64,000 nt of DNA, taken from the NCBI GenBank assembly GCA_951406725.2, contig OX597816.1:102920001-102984000 (forward strand), written 5' to 3'. Shown piece by piece: positions 41,255-54,439 of the stretch. The notes beneath the pieces are model-generated. The model had not been told where the DNA came from. It made no database searches and worked only from the letters and a program-made list of their open reading frames with translations. Position numbers and translations under genes: made by a program. This DNA is from Octopus vulgaris. Its lineage: Eukaryota. How positions within the stretch are numbered: position 1 is the first letter of the stretch; each line of letters begins with the position of its first letter.

Positions 41255-44200
41255 GGCTATAATGGTACGATTATAATTGTAACGGCAATGATGGCCGTCT
41301 CCCCACGAGCCAACCAAAGCAAAAAAATGATAACATTATCGTAGCACCAAAATGTTTTGGGAAACTAAAAGGAAAACTAAATCAGTATACCAAATCGCTT
41401 GTCCTATGGTTAATCTGGAAGCGCGTCCCCCAGGGAAGAGCCAGTCTGGGATCGAAAAGTCATCAACTGGCACAAACTCTTCTCCGAATACGGACATGGA
41501 TGGTCACTTGAACGGGAAATCCCCCAATTCGAGCCCTCCAAGTTCACCACCACAACCACCACAGAAAGAAAAATGTAAGCGGAACAAATGGATCCGAGAA
41601 GAGTATAAAGAAGTAATATACGCTTATTACTATGCATTAGGTAGGCCATCTCAAGAGAGACACACCGCAAACTCTTACAGTATATGGAGAACACGGAATC
41701 AAGACAGTAGGCCCTATTTGGACGAGAACAAATTAGCAAATGTGAGGAGGGATATCCTTAGAAATAACAGACTCACAGACAGTGAAACAAGCGCGATCAA
41801 GCACGCAACGGAAAATGACATAAATATAAGACACAAAGGAAATGAAGAATCAGATGAACAGTATAGCCCGCCACGAGGCTTAATTGAAAGACTGCCATCT
41901 GACCAAAGTACGCAAAGGCCTGAAGATACAAGAAATTCTATTGTACCTGTTAAAGATAGCCAGGAAAACGAAAAAACAACAGTAACTGAAGATCTCGCAT
42001 TTGCTGAAGAACACAGAGAGTCTATGGCAGAAATGAGGCAGAAAATCCTGAATACACTTGAAGTTGTAAGACATACAAGTATGAATGATAGAGAACCACT
42101 TCATAAACTCTCAAATACAAACCAAAATAAAAAACAAATCCAAATTGGCAACTATGTAACAAATGAAATAATACGAGAATTAAAACCTGATTTTACTGAG
42201 TTAAATGAAATTATTTACGCTTCTGCTAGAGCAATTGAAACCAGCTGTATGCCCCCGAAAAAACAAAGAAAACCAAACCTGGGAAGAAATCAAACCTGGA
42301 GAAGTAAAATTGAAAAAAAAAAAGAGATTGAATTTATGAAATATCAATATTAAATGAACTAATATGTGGAAATGATGTAAGATCCAGAACAGGAAGAAAG
42401 ATGAAGAGAAAATTTGGATCCTCACCAAGAGAAGAACTGATATCAATAAAAGAAACGCTGAAACAAAAAGTCCAAGCAAAAGCCCAAAGAATACGAATAT
42501 TTGAGAAGAGAAACAAGTTTTACAAGCAAAATAAGCTGTTCACATCCAATGCCAAAAAATTCTACAGAGAAATAGGGAAGGAGAAAGTAACAAATGAAAT
42601 AATACGAGAATTAAAACCTGATTTTACTGAGTTAAATGAAATTATTTACGCTTCTGCTAGGGCAATTGAAACCAGCTGTATGCCCCCGAAAAAACAAAGA
42701 AAACCAAACCTGGGAAGAAATCAAACCTGGAGAAGTAAAATTGAAAAAAAAAAAAGAGATTGAAGAAGTTCAAAACTTTTGGAAAAGGATTTGGAGTGAC
42801 AAGAAGACGTACAACATAAATGCAGACTGGATTATACAAACTGAAGGATCCTACCAAAATTTACAACAACAAGCATGGGAAGACATCACAATAGCAGACC
42901 TAAGAAAGGCACTCACGAAGGCCCATAATTGGAAATCCCCCGGTAAAGATAGTGTGCCGAATTTCTGGCTCTCATCGCCCCCATGCGCACACGGTAAGCT
43001 AGTTCAGTTGCTCAATGGAATTATGAGAGACCCAAAGAAAACACCTGAATGGTTAGCAAGTGGCATTACTTACCTACTCCCAAAGAATAACGAAACCAAT
43101 CTTCCAAAAAACTATCGGCCTATAACCTGTCTATCCACCACGTATAAAATCCTAACATCTATCCTGGCGGAGAAAACATGCATTCATGGAGAAGAACGAT
43201 ATTTTCCCCATTGAACAAAAAGGGTGCCGCCGAGGCTCTTACGGATGCAAAGATCAACTGCTAATCAATCGTATGATCCTTGAGAACTGTCACAACAAGC
43301 GCAGAAATCTCAGCACCGCATGGATTGACTATAAAAAGGCTTTCGACAGTATACCGCATCCATGGATCTTGAGATCGCTGGACATCTTCAAAATTTCCCC
43401 TGTGATTTCAAACTTCCTGAAGCACAATATGTCGTTGTGGAATACGAATCTCCAATTATACCACTCTAATGGAGTACTTGCCTCAGAAAATATAAACATC
43501 AACTGTGGAATTTTTCAAGGTGACTCACTTTCACCTTTAATATTCTGCATAGCCCTAATACCCCCTTACAAGTGAATTAAACAGAACAGGGTATGGGTAT
43601 AAAATTGCCAATAAAAAAATAAGCCATCTATTTTATATGGATGACTTAAAACTTTATGGTAAAGACAATAATGAACTTGAAGGCCTATTGCGCACTGTGA
43701 AAGCATTCAGTGATGACATCGGGATGGAGTTTGGGCTTGAGAAGTGTGCCAAGGCCACTTTCCAGAAAGGGAAAGTGAAGACCACAAATTCAGTCGTGTT
43801 AGATGTTGACACAGTCATAAGAGAGCTTGAGCAAGAACAAATATACAAATATTTAGGGATAAATGAATGCTCTGGTATTCAGCATGCAAGCATGAAAGAG
43901 AAGAACAGGAAGGAATGTTATAGGAGAGTTCGTGCAGTCCTGAAATCTGAACTAAATGCACGTAACAAGGTGTTAGCTATAAATTCCTTAGCAGTTCCAG
44001 TTGTTACTTATAGCTACGATGTGTTGAACTGGAATATGAGTGAAGTAAAGAATATAGATAGGAAAATACGCAAGCTGCTGAGTTGTAATAGGATGCACCA
44101 CCCAAAGGCAGACGTAGATCGCCTTTACCTTCCCAGAGCCCAAGGAGATCGAGGCCTGATCCAATTTGAACTAGCTTACAAAACAACCACAATTGGACTG

Positions 44201-45361
44201 GCCAAATATCTCGAAATATCGAATGACTGGATGCTAAAGCTCATGGAAAATCACGAGAGACGAAAGAAGCTTCATTCCATCATAAAGGAAAGCAAAAAAT
44301 TTGCTATTGATCTCGTGCAGGATACCCAAACAGAACAACCCGAGGGAAGTACGGCAATTATTGTTGCAAAGAAGGTGAAAATAATGGCAACGAAAAAAGC
44401 GCACGAGCAATTGGCTGATAGGTGGGAGAAGAAACCTCTGCACGGCAAATATGTGACCCGCAGCAAACAAGCTGATGTTGACCAGAAGCAAACCCATCAG
44501 TGGCTACGGAGCTCAGGGCTAAAAGCAGAGAGCGAAGGTTTCATCCTGGCTGCTCAAGATCAAAGTCTATTAACCCGGAACTACCAGGCCAATGTGATGA
44601 AAAATGGAGCAGACCCAAAATGCCGATTCTGCAACGACATGATTGAAACAGTGGACCACCTAATCTCTGGATGTAAAGTCTTAGCTCCAGTGGAGTATAA
44701 ATTAAGACATGACAGAGTTGGCCAATATCTACACTGGCTAATAAGTCGGCATTACAATATCAAAACTGCCGACAAGTGGTATAATCACCACCCTGAGGCT
44801 GTAACTGAAGGAGAAAATGTAACCATTCTGTGGGACTTTCCAGTACATACAGACCGATCCATCAAGGCCAATAAACCAGATATTGTTGTGAAAGACCAAA
44901 ACAATAAAGTTTGCTTATTGATCGACATGAGCATCCCCTGTGATCATAATATCTCAGCGAAAGAGTTTGACAAGCTCAGAAAATATAAAGACCTACTCAT
45001 TGAAATTGAGAAAATGTGGCATCTCAAGGCGGTTACAATACCTGTGATCGTAGGAGCACTAGGAATGATCAAGAAGGGAACCGAAAATTATATGAGAATG
45101 ATCCCTGGCTTACCATCCCTGCAAGAAGTGCAAAAGATTGTCTTAACTGGTACATCACACGTATTGAGAAGAGCATTGTCGATGTGAGAACTGTTGCTGC
45201 TCATGTATTTTAATTTAACTTAAAAAAAAAATTTTTTTTAAATGAACGAACTATTGAGTTTGGTTTAATGGCCTACCAATGTATACTATGAGTTTCTTTG
45301 CCCTAGGAGTCGGGAAGACACTCGGCAAGAAATGGAAGCAAATTTGAAAGAAGAAAAAAAA

Positions 45362-45362
<1 letters not shown>
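41255..45362 (+). mobile_element. Near full-length R4/Dong-clade RLE non-LTR retrotransposon, subfamily A1
   Basis: Single long ORF architecture between (TAA)n tracts 41171-41254 and 45363-45398. Dong elements are known (TAA)n-specific members of the R4 clade. Confidence 0.95.
41352..45187 (+). pseudogene. Frameshifted RT-RLE polyprotein: N-terminal myb-like region, RT, CCHC knuckle, PD-(D/E)xK endonuclease
   Basis: WIREEYKEVIYAYY...IW...ENKLANVRR (N-terminus); WKSPGKD, NYRPITCL, EQKG, WIDYKKAFDSIPH, GIFQGDSLSP, YMDD (43634-43645); CRFC-x7-H-x4-C, RHD, KPD...LIDMSIP...K..KY. Frame breaks near 42320-42350, 42750, 43180 and 43565. The last 516 codons are open. Confidence 0.95.
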
Positions 45363-45401
<39 letters not shown>

Positions 45402-46094
45402 TGATGATCATGAGGAGGAGGAGGAGGTGGTGGTGGAGGAGGATTATAATAATGATGATAATAATAATAATAATAATATTTTAAAAAGGATTGACGTAAC
45501 AGTCAAAACGAAGAGCGCGATTCGATTGTAAGATATTTTATTTCAGCAGTACGTCTGTCTTTGTCAAGTTGAAAATAAGAAATAATAAAAATTCAAAATT
45601 ACAGAAATTTAAACGTAAAGTATTAATGAGAGAAACCAGCGTCCACGCGTTGATGGAATGACATCGTCAGTTTTTAAGTTACAATTTTATAACAGGCGAA
45701 AAGAAAAAGACAGAAAAAAAACAGAAAAAAAGACATAAAAAAGAAGACGACAGTAAAAAGGAAAGAAAAAGAGAGAAAGAAGAATATTTAATCAAACAGT
45801 TTTGTATAAATTTGATGATATTCTCCTGTCATCTAATTCATTCCTCCAGGGCGTGTTAATAACCCGCAAACATATTTCTCCTCATACATTCCGAGAAGTG
45901 AAAGTGAAGCAGATTCAGAATATTTTGTGAGAATATGCACTTTCAAGTTTTCTTCAAAATTGCATCCGCTTGAAACGAAATGATCAGCAAGTTCTGTCGA
46001 ACTACTGTTGTTGTGCCTGACGTCGAATATGTGCCCTTTAAACCTTTTGTTTAATTGTTCTGTAGTACAACCAACATAAATTAATTTGTTTTTC

Positions 46095-47165
46095 GTGCAT
46101 CAAGACATGAAAGCTAAAGTTAATTTTGGTTACAGACTCTCTGAATCTTTTGCTGTGGAAAATGGAGTAAAGCAAGGAGACCTTGATGCACTCACCCTCT
46201 TTGCAATATATCTTGCTGTTGTGTTGTCACATGCTTTCCAAGACTCTGAGGAGGGTATATACATAAAATATCGAACAACAGGGAATGTTATTAATCTGAC
46301 CAAACTGAAATTCAAAACGAGAGTTTTTACTTCATTCATTAGGGAACTTTTGTATGCTGACGATTGCGATCTTGTCAGTCATTCTGGTTGGCAATCTCTT
46401 GTATCTGCATTTGACTCGCCTTGTAATGATTTTGGCTTGACCATCAACTTGAAAAAAAAAAACAGTTGTAACGCATCAACCTGCGTGTGGTGCTGTTTGT
46501 AACCCCGCTAAAATTTTTGTTGAGGGAAAGTTACTTGAAGTTGTCGATTCCTTCGTCTACCTTGGAAGGTCTGTTCAAAATGATGGTAATCTTGATACAG
46601 AAATATAGCTGCGAATTCAAAGGGCAGCAAAAGCATTTGGTGGCTTGGAGTCACGTGTTTGGTGCCAGTGCCATATAAATAAGAATACAAAGGTGGCTCT
46701 TTATAAATCATTTGTCTTAACATCCCTGTTGTATTCCTGTGAAACTTGGACTTGTTATGAAAGGCATTTTAAATTGTTTGAACAATTCCACTAAAAATGT
46801 CTTCATCGCATTAAAAAAATTAAATGGATTTCTTTTACTCCAAACACAGATGTCCCTGCATCTGCAGGCATCACTTCAATGAAAGCTATGATTTTTTGAG
46901 GAACCATTTGAGATGGTATGACCATATTGTTCGAATGGCAGATGACGCATACGAAACAGCTCTTTTATGGTGAGCTTGCAGAGGGAAAATGCTATCGGCG
47001 TAAACCTAAAAGAAAGGTTTAAGGACGGCATAAGGGATACTATGAAGTCCCTGGGAATGGTTCCAGAAGATATAGAAACTCTTTGTTCGGATCGAGTTGG
47101 GTGGCGAACAAAGGTGTGGAGTGGAGTGAAATCATTTGAAGAGGCCAGGATAGCACAAGCTTAAC
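46095..47165 (+). pseudogene. RTE-clade (BovB-like) LINE RT remnant
   Basis: GVKQGD...TLFAIY, GIYIKYRT.G, ELLYADDC, FGLTINLKK, F.YLG, LLYSCETW, KQLFYGEL..GK and DRVGWR. Confidence 0.9.
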
Positions 47166-47199
47166 TAACATACTTGGATATGAAGATCTGAATATGCAA

Positions 47200-47875
47200 C
47201 TTCCAGCATATGGAACAAGAAAGGAGACGTAGTTGTGTTTCTCGAGGAGTGGGAGATTGCCACAAAATGCCTAGCAAGCAAAAAAGACTGTGCAGTTATT
47301 GGGTTTTAGGATGCAATCGAAAATGTCGATTATGTTGCATTTCTCTCGAAGACATCACACATGATCAGCAGCTGTTCAAAATGTTCATCAAAGTATTACC
47401 TTTCAATGCGACTCGACGAAGTCGTTAAAACAATATACAACGCCATCCAACAAAAAAAAACTGTCCAGGGACAGATATAGAGAATACTCGACGTCTTGAA
47501 TGCATAAACAAACACCAACACAAAGAATATTGGTGGAATATTCCCATGGTGGACATAGTTTTTTTGAACAAACAAGAAAAAGAATGTACCATCATAGAGT
47601 TCGGCTGCTCAATCTATGTGAATATCTCTTCGAAAATGAAAGGAAAGAGGATAATTACGGATCACGGTTTAGAAACTTTGGTCTCTAAACCCACATTATA
47701 AATTCACATTTATACGAAAAATAATTGGTGCACATGGTTTTGCTAGCAGATGTCTTTGTGACAATCTAGAAAAGCTAGGGATTTCAGAAAAAATAAACAC
47801 TTAACGCTTTCCTTACAAATATAATATAAACGGAACAGTGAAAATATGTAAGACTTTTCTCAAGTTCAACACGTT
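47200..47875 (+). mobile_element. Decayed RLE retrotransposon C-terminus (further subfamily E)
   Basis: KCRLC...EDITH..SSC, MRLD (RHD position), EYWWNIP, IEFGC, KEDNYG and IIGAHG, in RLE order with frameshifts. Confidence 0.7.
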
Positions 47876-48959
47876 ACATTGCTATCTACATTCCAATGAT
47901 GGAGATCTGTATCATTGTTAGCTCTTTTCTTACAAAGGAGAATTCAAATAACTAAATATACAAGAGAACACACGTACACACATATACACACGTACACACA
48001 CATGCACGTATGCACACATACATATACATTCACATACACACACATTTATAAATAGAAGGGAGGTTATATTTTTTGGACGGAAATTTCTACAAAATAGAGC
48101 TACTAAACAAAAATATATGCAAAGAAACAAAAAATAATAAACAAAAGGATTTAAAGATATGGTCAAGAGGAAACCCTATTTTTATATCGTATTTTATTTT
48201 ATTTTAATATTTTTGCGTGTCTTTTTTCTCTGTTTCAACTCTTTTAATAGAATATTACACGCACACACATACACACTTTTCTCCACACTCACAAGACCCA
48301 TAGTTTCTTTTTAAAGAAGACAAACTAAATATCTGATCTCGGATATACATTCTGTATGTATATTATTCAAATGTATAAAATACCAAAAGAATTCGAAGAA
48401 AAAATTCTTTAATACGGCATTGGAATTTAGAAATACATGGATGTACATGGGGTCCTCAGCATTGGTTAACCGTTATGTTATATCATTCAAAATCTTGAAT
48501 GTGTGTGCGTATGAGTGTGTGTGTTTGTATGTGTGTGTCTGTGTTTGTGTGTGTGTGTTTGTATGTGTGTGTCTGTGTTTGTGTGTGTGTGTGTGTGTTC
48601 TCTTCTAGACTTAGTACAGAGAGACACATGCAAACACACACATGTTTAAATATGTGTGTGAGCGTGTGCATGTGTGTGTAAAGTTTTTTAATCCGGGGAG
48701 GAGGACTATTAAAATCGATAAATATCCACAAATTTTTCCTGTGGTTGTCTTCAGTAATTAAAACAATATTGTTAATTCACTGATATTGTCTTTTTTCTCT
48801 CTGCATAATTATTCCTAATTAACTTTTTAATGCACATTGCATTTAATATGATAAATTAACTTGATTCCATATCTCTTTCTCTCACTCTCACACTCACTTT
48901 TCTTTCTTTTTGTTTCTCTCAATTATTTTCTACCACCATCTCCCCCCTCTCTCTCTCCA

Positions 48960-49068
<109 letters not shown>

Positions 49069-49090
49069 TTCTATCTTTCTATCTATCTAT

Positions 49091-49128
<38 letters not shown>

Positions 49129-49151
49129 GGTGCATATATATGTGTGTATGT

Positions 49152-49459
49152 GGAGGCGCAATGGCCCAGTGGTTAGGGCAGCGGATTCGCAGTTATAGGA
49201 TCGCGTTTCGATTCCCAGACCGGGTGTTCTGAGTGTTTATTAAGCGAAAATACCTAAAGCTCCACGAGGCTCTGGCAGGGGGGGGGCGATCCCTGCTGTA
49301 CTCTTTCGCCACAACTTTCTCTCACTCTTTCTTCTGTTGGCCTGCTCGCTTAGCCAACAGGGTGGCGTCATTTGAAGGCTAAAACAATGCGAAGCGCATT
49401 GTGACCAGCGATATGTAACAACATCTGATAGCCTGGTCGGTCACGGTGATCACGGTGAT
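49152..49459 (+). mobile_element. tRNA-derived SINE, family S3, full length
   Basis: A box TGGCCCAGTGG, B box GTTTCGATTCC, body shared with 19039-19142, tail (CACGGTGAT)2. Confidence 0.88.
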
Positions 49460-49479
49460 ATGTGTGTATATGTATGTGG

Positions 49480-50300
49480 TTGCGGCTGCAGAGTCACCGG
49501 TTCAGCAGATTTGACAGTGTCGCCAGAGTCTGCAGACTCGGTAGAGGCGGAAAGCTGTGGTGTATTTGGTATGGATGGAATGTGAGATGTGGAGTCGATG
49601 GTTGGGTGGAAAGTGTTGATAAAAGGGAATGAAGATACTGAGTTGTTCATGCAAGAGGATCATTTCGGCCACATGGAGAATGATGGGAGTTCATAGCTGG
49701 AAATTGAAGCTAAGGCCGAGGAAGTCCAGGAAACCATTTTTCGAGGACGACCAAAGTAGTAGGAAATGAAACTGAAAAGAAGGGGCATGGTTGGTATTAT
49801 AGATCGGGGAAAAGAGGGAAGCCATCAAGAGTGCGGGAATGCGGTCAACAAATTTTGAAATCATTTCGGAGGGGCAATTGCAGACGGAAATAATGAGGAG
49901 TTGATAGTTTTGCGGATTTGCTGGAAGAAATAAGTAGAGAGGAGGAGATCTACACAACTAGGTTAGTGGCAGTAGAGATAAAATGAAGATGATAAATCGA
50001 CAACTAAGAACAGAAGTAGAGGATAGGATGCAATTAAAAGTAGAGTTGGGAAACTGCCGGAGCATCTCATTCTTCAGCGTACAACAAGACCACGACTCAA
50101 CCCTTTCGATCAGTTAGATGACGATGCTGAGAGATCTGACTGGATGATGTTAAGACGTTATGAGAACTTCCAGAAGCGAAATCAAAGCGGTCGACTGTGT
50201 GGTGGCGAACGTTGACAGATAATTCTAGGGTGCTGAGTTGCTCAGGAACAGGCCTCAAATAACATAGATGGCCAATGGACCAGACTTGTAAACCATCGTG
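49480..50300 (-). pseudogene. Penelope-like element RT remnant
   Basis: IISVCNCPSEMISKFVDRI..L.ASL.S.I.NTNHA matches PLE RPIVSAC.CPTE.IS.Y.D...P...DT.H. FINTFHPTI matches the N..HP.I.FT motif after the catalytic site. Confidence 0.8.
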
Positions 50301-50417
50301 GTTGTACATATATGTGTCTGCGCGCGATTTTGCGTGTTTACATGTGTATATGTATGTTTGTTCAGTTCGCTTCATCACCAAAAACAGTACCGAAAGGAGA
50401 CCCTAAAACGCTGAAAG

Positions 50418-50467
50418 TCGGTGCTCCAACATGGTCTCAGCCTCTGGCTGAAACCAGTAAAGGAAAG
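50418..50467 (+). mobile_element. Isolated CR1-type LINE/SINE 3' tail
   Basis: GTCGGTGCTCCAACATGGTCTCAGCCTCTGGCTGAAACCAGTAAAG has the same layout as 21711-21760. Confidence 0.7.
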
Positions 50468-50899
50468 AATATTTATGCGTACATACAAACGTTGTATATG
50501 CAAATGTGCACAGACACACACACACACACATACACACACACACACACAAACACACACACACGCACACACACTCACACACACACACACACTCACACACCCA
50601 CACAAAATTACATACATATATTATTTAAAGTAATTAATTGTCTGTCTTGACTTCCTTCCGTTTGACCATCTGTTTTAGATTAACGACATTGTATTATTTT
50701 CGCTCTGAACGAGTACTGCCTTCATATTGTCTCTTTCTTTCTGCCTGTTTCATTATTTCTCCTTAATTCCTCTATCTTATGTTTCTCATTTCAATTATCC
50801 ATTAGTTTTCAGTCAATTCCATTCTAAAAGAAGACATGATCATCTTTTCACTTTTATTATTACAAGCACGCACACACATACACACTCCCGCTTTCTCGC

Positions 50900-50945
<46 letters not shown>

Positions 50946-51270
50946 CACGCACGCACAAACACATATACACACAAGTATGTAATTCTCAAAACAAGCCCTT
51001 ATAAATAAATTGCACCTTTCATTTCAGATCCATTTCTATTTTTTTCTCAACGAGGTTCGTTAATATTTTGTTTCTTTTGAACTTAGATGTTATTGTTTTC
51101 TGTAGCTAAATGTATGGAATCATTTACATGTATGCTCCGACGCCAACCATACAGTAACAGAAGGTTCAAGAATCACCAATGCATTCACACGGTACAACTT
51201 GCAGTTTGCAATCAATGCATTCCGATAGGTAAAATATACATTAAATATCCGCTAGCTTATTTCATTACAA

Positions 51271-51301
<31 letters not shown>

Positions 51302-51328
51302 AATATACATAGATACATATATACATAT

Positions 51329-51391
<63 letters not shown>

Positions 51392-51438
51392 TATATATAT
51401 ATATGCATATATATATGTAGATATATATATATGTATGT

Positions 51439-51504
<66 letters not shown>

Positions 51505-52041
51505 CATGGTTTGCAATGTATAACATTTCTGTCTTTTATATACATACATACATATTTATTTTCATTGTCAACATTCAGATTATTCAAGAGCTCTTCACAT
51601 CAATATCGTACAATAATAACTAAGGTAAAATATTGCGTCTTTACATTTCATTACAAAAAAACAAAAAAAGATATTAGAAATTTCGTTTTACTTTTGCTTT
51701 ATTTCTGTTTTTTTTTTTCTTTTTATTTTATGCATGTGCACAATGGAATTTAACGTTATTTCTCTTCAAACCTTTCATTTACTTTCCCGTGGAATACACA
51801 ATCCATTCGCAGAGTGCATTTGTGGAAATCGCTGGCAAATCTATGATATTATTACAATTCACTTTCTTATTATTATCCCTATTATTTATATTCATCTAAA
51901 CATATGGTATCCAAATTTCATTGATCAATTTCCTTTTCTTTCTTTTAAATATATATTTTTTTTTTCACTTCAAGCGATAAACCCGTAGAATGACAAACAA
52001 TTTTTACTTTACTATAGAATTCTTTTCATATTTCAGTTAAC

Positions 52042-52109
52042 CATCATTATCATTATCATAATCATCATCATTATCATCATCATCATCATCGTCGTCGTCG
52101 TCATCATTG

Positions 52110-52161
<52 letters not shown>

Positions 52162-52208
52162 CATCGTTGTCGTCGTCATCACCATCATCATCTTCATTGT
52201 CGTGATCG

Positions 52209-52260
<52 letters not shown>

Positions 52261-52274
52261 TATTATTATTATTG

Positions 52275-52341
<67 letters not shown>
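52042..52341. repeat. Compound (CAT)n/(CGT)n/(TAT)n triplet microsatellite
   Basis: Directly visible. No Dong 3' UTR is recognisable next to it. Confidence 0.95.
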
Positions 52342-52342
<1 letters not shown>

Positions 52343-54389
52343 TCCTGTGAAGTTCATTCTAAATAGTAACACTTTCTTTTCAGTTTCATTAATTTCTTCT
52401 TTCATTCTCAACATAGACACCGCCCACCCACCATAAATGATAATTTTCTTTCTATGAAACACTTTCAATCTTTCCATTAAGTAATGTGACGTGTGTATCT
52501 ATGTCAGTGTGTGTAGGTGTGTAAATGCATCGGAGACATTTCTATCAATGCATACATACATACATACATACATACATACATACATACATGCATACGTGCA
52601 TACATACATACATACATACATACATACATACATACATACATACATACATACATACATACATACATACATACATGTATACATACATACAAAATGGCTTTTC
52701 TATCATTTATTGTCAGTTTCTCCTTTCTTTCTGCCTATCCCTTTCTCCTTGTTTCCCACAGTATATGTGTTTACTCTTTCTCTTTTCTCTCCTCTTTCTC
52801 CCTATGTGTATATGTTTGTATGTGTGGGAGAGAAAGAGAGAGAGAAAAAGAGAGAGGGAGAGAAAGAGAGAGAGAGAGAGAAAAAGAGAGAGGGAGAGAA
52901 AGAGAGAGAGAGACGGTGTGATTTTGCACGCTTGTGTTTCTTGAGTGTACGTACCTAGCGACTTAAGCAGAAAATACTAGATCATGTGGTTCTCACTGCA
53001 CTGTTCACTGTGCCTAGGAAGGAGGTGTGATGGAAAGCCTATTATCATAATTCTCAATCGAGGATGTTCTCGCACTAAACATCTGAAAGAGCCACGAACT
53101 AACGAGGAAGCCTCTGAATCGGCTCCTTTGTTGGCTCGTGTCGGCGAGAAACAGTAGCTAATTATCCGTCAAATCACTAAGCCTACCGTCACAAAAATAG
53201 AAGGATACATTAAATGATGTGGTCTCTGGTATACGGAAAGATAGAATATCATGGCTAAAAGGCTTTCATAAATCTTCTGAAGTTGGAATAAACATCCAAA
53301 TTGTCTTAAAAACTAAAGAACATCGTTTGCAATGCATAACATTTCTCTTCGGGTTTTTTTTTTCTTATATACATAAATATTTTCGTCATCAATACTGTGC
53401 AATCATAGCTAAGGTAAATATTGCGGCTTTACATTTCATTACAATAAAAAAAAATCATTTTACCGTTGGAACGTAACGTTACTTCTACTCAAACCCGAAT
53501 GTCTTTAAAACTGAAGGACATGCCATAAAATATAATCCCAAATCAGTCCCTAAAAAGTAAAAGTTGATAACGGCTGGAACGCATATCGTATGCCAGCTCA
53601 ATCATGACCATCTTCTGGCTAAACGACAATGATGACAAACAACAACTACAGTATGTTGTAGATATTCGCATTTCATTATAATTCGATATTTTGTAACGGA
53701 TATGTGGTTTTTGGGATGGCTGACAAATTCGCGCAACGTGCTTGCATTCATTTTGCGTGACGTTTGGTCAATCTGCTAACGTGACTCTCGAAATTCTTCA
53801 TCAGGCTTTCGATAAACTATCTTTAAGTCGAAAGTAAATGTTTGAGCGGTATGCGCATTTCAAGTTCGTTCACAAATTGATTCTAGATGATCAGTATTCA
53901 TAAAGACTGCTAACAAAACAACTGCAAATGTGGGGGTAAAATCGTAAAGTCATCCTGGAAGGACTGTCGCTGAACAATCAATTGTTATTATCACATGATT
54001 AATTTCAGTTACGGTGCCTATGAGGAAAGCCACTAATAGTGTATTTAGCCAGCAAACTGAACAAAAATGCATTACTTGAGACGGGTACAGTGTTAGTAAC
54101 GATCTCAACAAATACACACCTTAAGCATGTATGCAGAACGCTACTACTGAGCTTATATATATAACAAAATTAAAACAAATTGATGCACTGTTTTAATATT
54201 ATTGACTGTTATGAACATCTAAACTTGTCAACATCGAAATTTTTGAATATGTTTTTCTAATTCATAATTCTAAATTTTTACCATTGATAAACAAAAAATA
54301 TTGTTGAAACTAGTTTGGTATATATGTAAATAAATATATCTTAAACAATTACAAGTTCTTCAAACTTAGGTACATTTTCACAACTAGTT

Positions 54390-54434
<45 letters not shown>

Positions 54435-54439
<5 letters not shown>

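Noticed and set aside
41255-41345. Possible HDV-like ribozyme at the Dong 5' end (CGT-CTCCCC-ACG resembles P3/L3)
   Set aside because: I could not build a full P1, the P1.1 GG or P2 by eye. It needs a descriptor search on the family consensus.
49152-49225. tRNA-like sequence
   Set aside because: There is no complete cloverleaf and it continues into a SINE body repeated at 19039, so it is a SINE head rather than a tRNA gene.
53770-53812. CUGAUGA on the minus strand
   Set aside because: GAAA is replaced by GAGA and there is no stem I, which is compatible with chance.
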